Of a stretch of 64,000 bases of DNA, positions 51,301-61,642 are shown piece by piece. A program made the translations under genes and the position numbers. Source of the stretch: Lingula anatina (Eukaryota > Animalia > Brachiopoda); NCBI GenBank assembly GCA_051362555.1, contig CM120645.1, positions 2,542,001 to 2,606,000 on the forward strand. Direction: 5' to 3'. Within the stretch, counting starts at the first letter, position 1. Every line of letters begins with the position of its first letter. A model generated the notes under the pieces. The model saw only the letters and a program-made list of their open reading frames with translations. It was not told where the DNA came from and did not search any database.

Positions 51301-53913
51301 GCTTTGGCACCTGCAGGTCATTTCTTTTTGGACAGGATTCAATCAGCTGTCTGTGAAGAAAACGACCTCTACTGCAGTTGCATATATGCCACTTCTTGAT
51401 GTTAAACCTAATGACATGTACACATTTTACACCACAATGTTGAAGTGTTGGGGTACGAGTGCTTCACTTGCACAGCAATTTGTTGTACAAACGGACGACC
51501 AACAGCTATATGCCATAGCCCAACAAATAAACTGGTCTTTTCCTGAAGAGTTTGGTTGCCATGTCATTTGTATGGGTGGTTCCCATACACTGTCATGCTT
51601 CATTGCTTCTATTTGGAAAATTTGGGCCGTTGCAGATTTGTTGGCCATTGGTAGGCATTGTAGAGTGTGATGTTTATGCAGCATCCACTTCAGTGCAGAG
51701 GGTTGTGTGGAAAACAATTCAACATGGCAATAAGAGGGCTTACTTTGGCATTTAAAGCTTTGATATCTCTCAGATTGTCAGCTTTTTATTTTGGTACTAA
51801 AGAAAGAATAGCGAAGTTTCACAGTTGATGTGGTATGAGGTGTCAAATGTGTAGGAGTTTTACAAGTCTTGTGCTGTGGGTTTTATGGGTGACCAACATG
51901 TATCTGAGAGTATGTCTGAAGATCTGCTGCCAAATTTCTCAGATTCCCAGGCCTGGGGATGAGGGGAATTTCCTACATTTCAGTTTTGGGACTGCCTCTC
52001 TTTTAAGCTCTTCTTTTAAACTTTGTTAGAACAGGGTGCACTGGTTACCGGGAGATGCAGCTTGTGTCAGTAAGGGCAATGTTGCCCAAATTGTTTGTGA
52101 CAAACTATGCTCAAAGGACCCAGTGTACCTACTAGATATGTCAGAATCCATATTCTCTGGGGACATGTATTGAAATTGATTATGATTTTGATGAAAGAGA
52201 TGAGTGACAGGTCACTAATGTAGATACAAAGAACACGTTAAGGGTTTAGCATGTATATGTGTTCGTGGGTGTGTGTGAGTAGATAACGCATGCAGGCACA
52301 AGCATTTTAAGGTATATATGAGAGTATGGGTACTTAGAAATGTACTGAGATAAAATTTTGAAGATAATTGAAGCGGCAAAATAGTGTATTTATGTGCTCC
52401 TTTCTTTACTGAGAAGTCAACTTGATAAATGTAGACCGCAGAAATGCATCATAGATTTGCAGTGGGTTATATGGACTGATGCACTTCAAATAAAGATTCC
52501 TGTTCCTGTTTTAATATGACAGACATTTTGGTATTGGTAAATACATTAAATTTGATAGATCAAAAAAAAAATTTTTTTTTAATTGTCTACATACTTCCAA
52601 ACTATGGGATTTCTTTTTACTGTGACAATCGTGCACAAAGGTTCACAACAAGAAACACAGTATTAACTTTGACTTGACTTAACATGTGTTAGTACATATA
52701 AATATTGGAAAATCCAAAAATTGTTTATTATAAGTGAAAAGTTGCAGTAATAGCACATATCCTACAATTATTTTTTCTTTTACAACCATATATGTAGTAA
52801 TGCTTTGCGAATAATTTCATCCTTTAGATGTGCGTAATACAATTTTGAGAAAAAAACTCCATTTGGCGGCCATCTTGAAAATGGTGGCCATCATGAAGAT
52901 GTATTAAGCATCAAGTAGCATCTAGCACAAATATGTATGAGAGCTTGGACACAAAAATTATTTATTTGATGATTTAGCTGAATCAAATCCCAAGTTACGG
53001 AAATTTGCATTTCATGGCAGTGAGTCATTTTGAATATTTAAGAAATGACTGCTAAAATATCACTGAAGTGAAACCAAATACCATAATGTAATAAATTAAT
53101 GACTGCTTTGTATAATTCTTTCCATAATAGTCATATGGACATTATGGTTTTGATTTTATATGTAAAGATTTGGAATAAAATGAGCAAATTCGAACACTTT
53201 TCACAAATGATGGTAGCCATTTTGAAAACGGTGGCCATCTTGAAAATGGTGGCCATTTTGAAGAAGTTGTATGAAGCATCATGTAAAATCTAGCATCTAG
53301 CAAAAATATGTTTTGAGCTTGGTAATAAAAATAATTTTTTTGATTATTTAAGTGCACAAAAGCCTACCTCATGGAAATAGGCATTTCATGGTGGCCATGT
53401 TGAATATTTGAAAATTGACTGCTTTACCATCCCCCAAATTTAACCAAATGCTATAACTAAATGAAAATATACCTACTTTGTATAATTCATGCAATAACTA
53501 TTTTGTGGACACCACAGTTTTGATTCTATATGTAAAGATTTGGAATAAAATGAGAAAATTTGACCAATATTTCACAAACAATGGCGGCCATCTTGAAAAC
53601 GGCGGCCATCTTGAAATTCTGGTATGGTGTTTTTTTTAGCCCATAACCTCCTTCATCACAAAACATGTAAAGGTTAGATGATAGACAATGTTTTAGGTAT
53701 GTTTATCAATGATTTGTATTTTTAGAAAAAATGCAAAAAAACAGGCGGCCATCTTGGAAATTGTCCGTTTCCATGGTTACGCAGGCAATTGCCATTTCCA
53801 CATCATGGCTAACTTTGACCAGCAGACTCTGAGCTTTCAAATGATATATAATTCAGGTCTGTGTATAAAGGGGACACTAAATCTGAAAATTTTGGCCTTC
53901 TGCCGCTCACCTA
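48318..53913 (+). mobile_element. Academ-like DNA transposon, decayed, with long TIRs
   Basis: Termini TAGGTGAGCGGCA / TGCCGCTCACCTA with a 3-bp TSD TAA (48315-48317 and 53914-53916). About 350 bp of near-identical inverted repeat (48361-48725 vs 53517-53881), plus degenerate subterminal repeats rich in AAGATGGCCGCC. Confidence 0.8.
50240..51800 (+). pseudogene. Degenerate Academ-like transposase
   Basis: Frameshifted fragments SLIDTFHSHGFCISYGDIRR (~50800), GDNNIDISAETTDGK (~50955) and VAYMPLL...DDQQLYAIAQQINW...MGGSHTLSCFIASI (51380-51620). These resemble the DNID, DQxLY and GGxH motifs of Academ transposases. Confidence 0.65.
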
Positions 53914-54059
53914 TAACAGTAGAATCCATTGAAAAAAGTATGATAAAAAAGGCCAGGCTGAAAAGCAAGAATAAACCGTCTTTTCTCTAAATCAGTCAAG
54001 TGATTGAAGTAGAGCGATGTGTTGATCATGATGAGCATAAATGTTATGAAACAAGGGTC

Positions 54060-54065
54060 AATAAA
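54060..54065 (+). terminator. Candidate polyadenylation signal of WASP (distal to the Academ insertion)
   Basis: AATAAA followed by TATGTTTTGGTATTTT. No canonical signal was seen between the WASP stop and 48317. Another AATAAA lies at 53970. Confidence 0.4.
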
Positions 54066-54515
54066 ATTGTAATATTGCAGTTCCTATGTTTTGGTATTTT
54101 ATGTGAGTACTTTATATATCTGTATATATGATTTTGGAGTGTCTGTGTCATCACTGTCTGGTACCAGTCTCTTTAAATGTCAGGACATATTTTTTGTTTT
54201 ACTTAAAATTTACTGAGTGAATTGTTTGGTTAAAATGCTTTTGAAAATCAGTTTGATGGGATTGTTTTTACTTTTATTTTCAAAAATTGACATGATTGGA
54301 GTATTTTTTACAAAAAAAATTATTTGCTTGATTATTTTGGCAAAGATACCTTTTCCTCTCTCCTCTCACATGGTAGATTTAATGATTATACAGATATTTT
54401 ACCCTTTTGCCTACTTTGTAAAATGATTGTTAACTTATAAACCTTTTTCACCCTCATTGATAATTGGTAAAAAAAAAAACAACAAAAAACACAACATTCA
54501 CAAAAAACTTCACTC

Positions 54516-54521
54516 TTTATT
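54516..54521 (-). terminator. Probable polyadenylation signal of the CK gene
   Basis: AATAAA on the minus strand, followed by a strongly GT/T-rich downstream element (plus-strand 54469-54507), ~900 nt after the stop. Confidence 0.55.
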
Positions 54522-55427
54522 CACAAAAAAGCCCAGTTCACTGTACAAGAATGTTTGTCTTGACAACATAAGGAATGTTTACCTTACAAAGTTAACCAAC
54601 GCTTCATAATAAACATTTAAGTGCTTGGATAAAGCAAAATTATCAATTGTGATGAGACAGCAAAGTCAAAAAAATTGATTTAGTATCATTATATGCATAA
54701 GACACTTTCTTTATAAATATCAAGTCATTTACATTGATTTGGCCTCTCTATTCACTACTCATTTAAAACTTGTACCTCAACTCGACATATTAAATATGAT
54801 CAAATAATTTACCCCATCAAAAAACAAACACAAACATGACGTGTATTTTATGTACAAAATATGCATAGATGGAAAACTTGTTAATAACAGGCAAGTAAAA
54901 ACTAGTGACGGTTAAGCAAAAAAAAATATGCCTTTTTCAGTGGCAAGCAATGGTTACCATCCTCACTTGAAGTTCTGAAGCTAAGAGACATCCCAGCTTT
55001 AAGCGATAAATAATAAATATGGGAAAAGAAAATTAAATGGGAATCTGCAACAAGATATATTTCATTAAGGGCTGTATTTGTGCTGAACAATATTATGATG
55101 AACTGATCCCTTTCTACTATAATAGACGGTAGTAAGGGTACAGCTATCGCTTGCTGGCTTATTTCTATCAGATGTCTTTTTGTGAAGGTTCTACATTCAA
55201 ATGGTATTGGTCCTGCTAGATCAGTATCTTTTATTCCACTAGAATGCCATGTTTATAAATAGCTGAAAATAGCACACAGTAAATTTGTAGGGTGTTAGTC
55301 TTTAGATGAATTTTCCCAAGTGACAAATCCAAATCTGAATTGTTTGTGGAATATCTAAGATACAAAAACCAATCAAAGGCAATATTTTTGGGCAATCATA
55401 AAGTCTTCAAGCTGAGAATGCGATATT

Positions 55428-56287
55428 TTAGGATTCTGCTGGTGCACTTTCTCCCTCTTTCTTGTCTTCTTCAGCTGGTTTTTGCTCTGCTGGCGCTGCT
55501 CCTTCATCTTTATTCTCGGCTTCAGCAGCGGCGCCATCCTCTGCTGGTGCCTGTTCCTCGGCTGGTGCTTGTTCGGTGGCTGGTGCCTGTTCTTCTGCGG
55601 CGGGAGTTTGTTCAGCTGTCTCAGCTGCTGGTGTTTGGGCAGGTGCCTCTGGTCTCATAGATTTTGGTAAGATGTCATCGATGGGTTCCCCTTTCTCCAG
55701 CCTCTTTTCCATCTCAACCAGGCAGTTCACGCCATCACATACTTGCTGCACCAGTTCAACTTCAGAGAATCCCAATCGGTCGAGATTGGAGATGTCGAAG
55801 ATTCCGCCCACGGCAGCGGTGTCAACACCACCGGTGCCACGTTTCTGTAACCTGAGTGCCTTGAGGATGTCGCCAAAACGAGGCTCTTCAGCCATCTTGG
55901 GGAGCTTGACGTGCACGCCCGCACGAATACCTGTGCCGAGATTGCTGGGGCAGGTGAGCACGAACCCGAGGTGCTCGTTCCACATGAAACTGTGCTTCTG
56001 CTTCTTCATGGCGGCCTCGAACTTCTGCAGACCCTCACAGAAACGGTCAAATACAGCCTTGATGTTGCCTCCCTTCTCCATTGAGATAATGCGCATGTGG
56101 TCTTCTTCATTCACCCAGACCAAGAAGTTCTTGGCATCATTGTGCCAAATGCCACGAGCATCTGGCCAGTCGCGTGCCATTCCTGAAGACAGGAGGAGAG
56201 GAGAGACTGGTTTGTCGAAGAGGAAGTGATCATTGATGAGTTGCTCCTGTTCCTCTTCAGTCATGCCAGCCAGGGGGTAATATTTGC
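55428..56287 (-). CDS. CK: CK terminal exon (C-terminal half of domain 3 and acidic tail)
   Basis: [13 protein letters not shown]...PIDDILPK, then an Ala/Glu/Pro-rich tail and TAA. Confidence 0.92.
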
Positions 56288-59200
56288 CTGTAAGGAAACA
56301 AGTGGCAAGTTATACTTCAGAAGAGAGAGAAAATGATCATTAAACCAGCAGTAAATCTTAAGAGAGTACATGTGATTTTTTTAAAAAAATAAAAAATAGA
56401 CTAAACAGATTTTTTATGATTAAAATAAAGGATAGAACCCATTTTAATAAAATGACTTAAAGTAACTTTTTTTCACAAAAAGGCAATGCTTCATACTTTT
56501 CTCTTGAAAACAGGTCTTTTTAGAAAGGATCTACCTTTTTTAACCAGTTTTTTTTTCATCCCTTTCTTTGAAAATTTTGGAAAATGTATACAACTTGAAA
56601 TTGAATTTATTTAGCACATTCAAATCTCACACACTTCACATTATACACGTCACAACGTACCCTGATACGGCCCATCAAAGGTGCCCAGAGCAGTGGTAAC
56701 AATCTTCTCCACTGCACGGCGCTCAGCACGGTTTGTGCATGGTGGCAGGCGGAACCCACGGATACTACGCCCAGTGCGCACACGGGAAGAGAGCACGTAC
56801 TCAGGATCGAAGTCACCTCCAGTAAGTTTAGAAGAGTCGAGATCAGTCTTGTGTTTCATCGCCTTTGTATAACCGTTGTGTCTGTTCTCAATAATTGGAT
56901 CAAACAACTCGGCGAAAAGCTGGTAGCTTTCCTCGTCTCCGGCGACTGCCCCCACTGTGTAGATAAAGGGGTGACCAGGGTTGTCCACTCCTGTCTGGAT
57001 GTTCTTGTCCAGAGTGACCCCCATCTTGGTCTTCAACTTGCTCAGTCTGAAACACGATTTGAAAGAGGCCTTTATTTTCACGTCCATTAACTACCAAATA
57101 ATAATAGAACGCCTTAGACTCATGTCACTATTAAAAAAAAAAAACTTAAGAAATGTCCAAGACTTTTCTTTTAATTTACAGCATTTATGCATATTGTATG
57201 ACAATTATTTTCATTTATTTATTTTTCATTAATGTTAACCGCAAATTGTCATGCACTCCCCCAGAACAAACCTTTTATACATCTTCTCCTGCACGTTCAT
57301 ACGCTTAGCATGCAAGCACACACCCAAGCATGTAACTCACCTATCATACATCTCCTTGTGGATACACTTAGAATGCACTCAAGCACACACATAAGCATGC
57401 ACGCAAACACACAAGCATGTAACTCACCTGTCATACATCTCCTTGTGGATACACTTAGCCATCCAGTTGTTGTGCTTGGACAGGTCTGGGAAGTTGGAAG
57501 AGAACACTGTGGCTCTGTAGGGTTTCTGGGACTTGGCCTCCTCTTTCTTCACCTCTGGCATGCCTGCTGGGAACAGGTCGTCAATGGCCTGGCCCTTCTC
57601 CAGCTTCTTCTCCATCTCAATCAGCAGCTGAACACCGCTCACCACCTGGAGAGAGGAGAGATTGATGGTTTAACAGATGAACACTGAGAGAAAGTTTCAT
57701 CTTGCTGAACTGTAGGTGAATTGTAATGCAATGCAGTTTTGGTAAAAGGTTGGTGTTAAAATGTGATTTCTGTGCACATATGCACCTGTACCAGGCCTGT
57801 AGCCATACATCCACTTCCTTTTTCAGAAAAAGGTACCTTTTTAACCCTTTTGTTGACCTAACTTGAGATATGGCATAGATCTTGGATCAAAATTTAATTC
57901 ACAATGGACCTCTTTTAGGCAAAATACCCCCCCCCTCCTTCATTGCCTATGGGGATGTGTACTGTTGACAAATTACCATATCGGCAATTCTATCATACCA
58001 TTCACCAAAACAAAATAATAAAATAAAAAATTAAAAAATAACAATAATAATAAATTAATTAATAAATAATAAATAAATCACAAAGAGCAGAGTTGAGCTC
58101 ACCTTCTGTACCAGTTCCACCTCAGAGAAGCCGAGCCTGTCCAGGTTAGAGACATCAAAGATACCTCCAGTGGCTGCTGTGTCCACGCCTCCTGTACCAC
58201 GCTTCTGCAGACGCAGGGCCTCCAGGATGTGTGGGAACCTCTCGTGGGTGGACAGCTTGGTCAAGCGTATGTGTACACCAGCGCGGAGCCCAGTGCCCAG
58301 ATTGCTTGGGCAGGTGAGGATGTAGCCCAGGTGCTCATTCCACATGAATCCCTTATCCTTCCCCTTGATCAGCTCCTCCGTCTTATTCAGACCCTCGCAG
58401 AACCTGGTGAAGACCCTCTTCATGTTGCCTCCCTTCTCCATCGAGATAATGCGCATGTGGTCTTCCTCGTTCACCCAGACCAAGAAGTTCTTCAGCTCGT
58501 TGTGCCAGATGCCACGACCGTCGGGCCAGTCACGGCCCATTCCGGAGGACAGAAGGAGAGGAGAGACAGGTTTGTCGAACAGGAAGTGGTCATCAATCAG
58601 CTGCTGTTGTTGTGCCTCTGTCATGTTATTCAGGGGGTAGTACTGGCCCTTAAACTCGCCTTCCATTGAATCCAAAGCATCCTTTAACAACTTCTCGACA
58701 GCACGGCGCTCAGATCTACAACAGTGAGGAGGGAGGCAGTAGCCCTTGATGGAACGGCCAGTGCGTACGCGACAAGACAGGACGTATTTTTCATCCAGGT
58801 CATGTCCGCCCTCCAAGTTGAAGGGGTTGAGATCGGTCTTGTGCTTCATGTCCTTGGTGTAGCCGTTGTGACGCTTTTCAATGACAGGGTCGAAGAGTTC
58901 AGCGAAGGTTTCGTACGTCTCCTCATCACCAGCCACACAACCTGAAACAAAGTGAACGTATTGCTGTTAACATTTTCAATAATGCAAAGGACATATAAAA
59001 TATTGATGATAATTAAAATTAATTAAATCAATTCAATAATAATTTCATTAAAAATATATAACTAGTGCCACAATTACTATATGACGGAAGACACCCTTTT
59101 AATATTAAGATCCCATAGCTTATAAACCAAACAGCATTACTTACCCACTGTATATATGAAAGGATGTCCAGGGTTGTCCACTCCAGTCTGGATGGCCTGG

Positions 59201-60681
59201 TCAAGAGTGAAACCAGTGGCCGTCTTCTTGTCCTTCAAACTTTCAAAGATGGCGGGGGTGAGACAGCGCGCCATCCAGTTGTTATGACAAGACAAATCGG
59301 GGAAGTTTCCTTCGGGTCTGTAGCAACCAAGAGGAATCAGCTCGTCGATGCTGTTGCCTGCTTGAAGAGCCTTCTCCATTTGGACCAGGAGGTCAACACC
59401 ATTGATGACCATCTGGACAAGCTCTACTTCGGACTTGCCCAGACGATCGAGGTTGGAGATGTCAAAGACGCCTCCCTGAGCTGCTGTGTCCACACCACCG
59501 GTCCCGCGTTTCTGGAGGCGCAGGGTTTTCAAGATGTCATCAAACCTGATGGTCAATGACAATACAACTTTTAATTCATTTATGAGGAGATATTGTTTCA
59601 TGTTTCCCTAAGGAACAGATATTTAAATCAATGACACTTCTAAATGGCATTCTTTAACAACAAATGTTCGGAATTATTTAATAACAAAAATTACAGTTTC
59701 AAGAGGACAATTTTGAAAAGATGACCACTATCTATTGTTATGCTATTATCTATGCTTAATCTAAAACAATTAGACTCATGCCTCAACAACGATGAGCACA
59801 TTTCTCTTGTTAAATCTTTAAAAAGGAAACAATAACAAACTTAATAAGCAAATGCTTCAATTATATGAAGTGGACACAGTCATATCATTTAAATATTGAC
59901 AAACTTTTAAACGTAAAAAACAACGTACAAAGTTTTATATTATATAAATAATCCCATGTTGTAGCACACACTCACATACCTTGCGTCCTTGCTGAGTAAC
60001 TCCAGTTTTGCATGCACACCTGCACGCAGTCCCGTGCCCAGGTTGGAGGGGCAGGTGAGCACAAAGCCAAGGTGTTCATTCCACATAAACTGGTAGTTTT
60101 GCTTCTCCATGGCACTTTCAACCTGTGGAGAGATGATGTGAATGATTGGTTAAATTCAGACTTTGATATGCAACCACTAGTAATTTTGATATTTTCCTTT
60201 AAATTAACCAATCTATAACAAACATTACAGAATTGAATAATGGAAATTTCAAAAGATTTAAAGGTTTTTCTTGTCCATGGTACTTTTAACCTTCAGTTTG
60301 ATTATAAGAAGGCTTAAATTACATATATAATTGTTTAAGCTCATAGGGAGGTATGAAGTATAGAAAATGCTATGGAACATAGTATTTGAAGTAAAGTATT
60401 TGAAGAAAAAAATACCTTCTTCAGTCCATCACAGAAGCGTTCAAACACAGCCTTCATGTTGCCTCCCTTCTCCATGGAGATCACACGGCAGTGGTCCTCC
60501 TCATTCACCCAGACCAAGAAGTTCTTGGCCTCGTTATGCCAGATGCCGCGAGCGTCGGGCCAATCACGTCCCATTCCAGAGGACAGAAGGAGAGGTGATA
60601 CTGGCTTGTCGAACAGGAAGTGGTCGTTGATCAACTGTTCTTGGGTTTCCTCTGACATGCCAGTCAAGGGGTAGTATGTCC
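55428..60681 (-). CDS. CK: Multi-domain (contiguous, flagellar-type) creatine kinase, 3' seven exons; 5' exons lie beyond the window
   Basis: Exons 60416-60681, 59980-60122, 59145-59545, 58103-58941, 57428-57645, 56661-57046 and 55428-56287 join in frame (3113 nt, ~1037 codons) with no stop between domains. EEDH, CPSNLGT and [10 protein letters not shown] each occur three times; [10 protein letters not shown] occurs twice. Confidence 0.93.
56661..57046 (-). CDS. CK: CK exon (N-terminal half of domain 3)
   Basis: [32 protein letters not shown]...[10 protein letters not shown]. Confidence 0.92.
57325..57458. repeat. 87-bp-period duplication of a CK exon end and splice donor
   Basis: 57325-57371 matches 57412-57458 with one mismatch. 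Confidence 0.85.
57428..57645 (-). CDS. CK: CK exon spanning the domain 2/3 junction
   Basis: [26 protein letters not shown]...[15 protein letters not shown]. Confidence 0.9.
58103..58941 (-). CDS. CK: CK exon (core of domain 2)
   Basis: CVAGDEETY...[10 protein letters not shown]...EEDH...CPSNLGT...LVQK. Confidence 0.92.
59145..59545 (-). CDS. CK: CK exon spanning the domain 1/2 junction
   Basis: ...[28 protein letters not shown]...[13 protein letters not shown]. Confidence 0.92.
59980..60122 (-). CDS. CK: CK exon (first visible domain, CPSNLGT)
   Basis: [47 protein letters not shown]. Confidence 0.92.
60416..60681 (-). CDS. CK: CK exon (first visible domain, EEDH region)
   Basis: [27 protein letters not shown]...WVNEEDH...GLKK. 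Confidence 0.92.
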
Positions 60682-61285
60682 CTGGGGAAAGGAAAAAAGT
60701 TAAGTTTTATCAAGCATTAAATTTCTAAACAAGGCAGCAAAGCTGTCAAATGTACAGACAAAAAACAGAAAATAAAGATGCAAAAAAGGTCATTTTGTCA
60801 ATTTTGATGCAATAATAAATAATGCTTATAATAGCACTGTCAGTCAACACTGAATTTTAATCTTGCACAACGGGTAACATGGTCAATAACAGGAGCAGAC
60901 CCAGAGGTATTTTCTGACAGTATTACAAAGTATCTATGTTGATCCATCCTCCATTTTGATGGTCTTCCAACAGAAAAAAATAGATACCAGTCAATATAAA
61001 GTTAATAACCTGACTGTCTTCCGGAAGACCCAGAAGATGGTCTCAATCCACCCCTTCAATAAGATTACAGTTTCAGGACCATGAGAGTTCAAATTCACAT
61101 TATGAAAGTCTCAATATTTGAAAAATGATGACAGTGCATAAAATAATATTACATAATGTTTAAAGACATAAAAAACAATACAACTGCTTATGTAGAAATA
61201 CAGAAAATGTGCAGAGCCCCAGGCAGATGAGAGTTAAAAGTCACAAATGCAAGTGTTTGAGAAAAAATTATAAAGGAAAACAACA

Positions 61286-61525
61286 AAACTAGAAAAGCAC
61301 TTTGAGAGTGCAGACCTCTGCCAAGGCAGCAATTGTTGATTATTATTGATAATTGATTGATTATTGATCCGGACCACCACCAAAAATTAATCATTGTCCT
61401 CTTTGGCCCACTTCCGACAGTTCCTGAAAATTTCTGCAAAATTGGTCCATAACTTTTTGTGTTATGTGGATGACAGACAAACAGGGGTGAAAATATAACC
61501 CCCTTGGCAGAGCTTGAGGTAAATA
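61286..61525 (-). mobile_element. Short HINE-like element nested in the larger Helentron-type copy
   Basis: The minus strand reads TTTACCTC..CTCTGCCAAGGGGGTTATATTTTCACCCCTGTTTGTCTGTC ... CCTTGGCAGAGGTCTGCACTCTCAAAGTGCTTTTCTAGTT. This gives subTIRs CTCTGCCAAGG/CCTTGGCAGAG, a 3' hairpin and a CTAGTT end. Confidence 0.7.
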
Positions 61526-61568
61526 TAATTCCAATGAAGATGCTATTCAAACATTTAATCTTCCAGTT

Positions 61569-61570
<2 letters not shown>

Positions 61571-61641
<71 letters not shown>
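61571..61641. repeat. (AT)n microsatellite
   Basis: Direct reading. Confidence 0.9.

Positions 61642-61642
<1 letters not shown>

Noticed and set aside
48314-53990. Duplicate ORFs MICIFRKNAKKQAAILEIVRF on both strands
   Set aside because: They lie in the transposon's inverted repeats and show no coding signature.
55462-56229. 255-aa plus-strand ORF and similar antisense ORFs over CK exons (58229-58669, 59164-59559)
   Set aside because: Shadow frames of GC-rich CK coding sequence.
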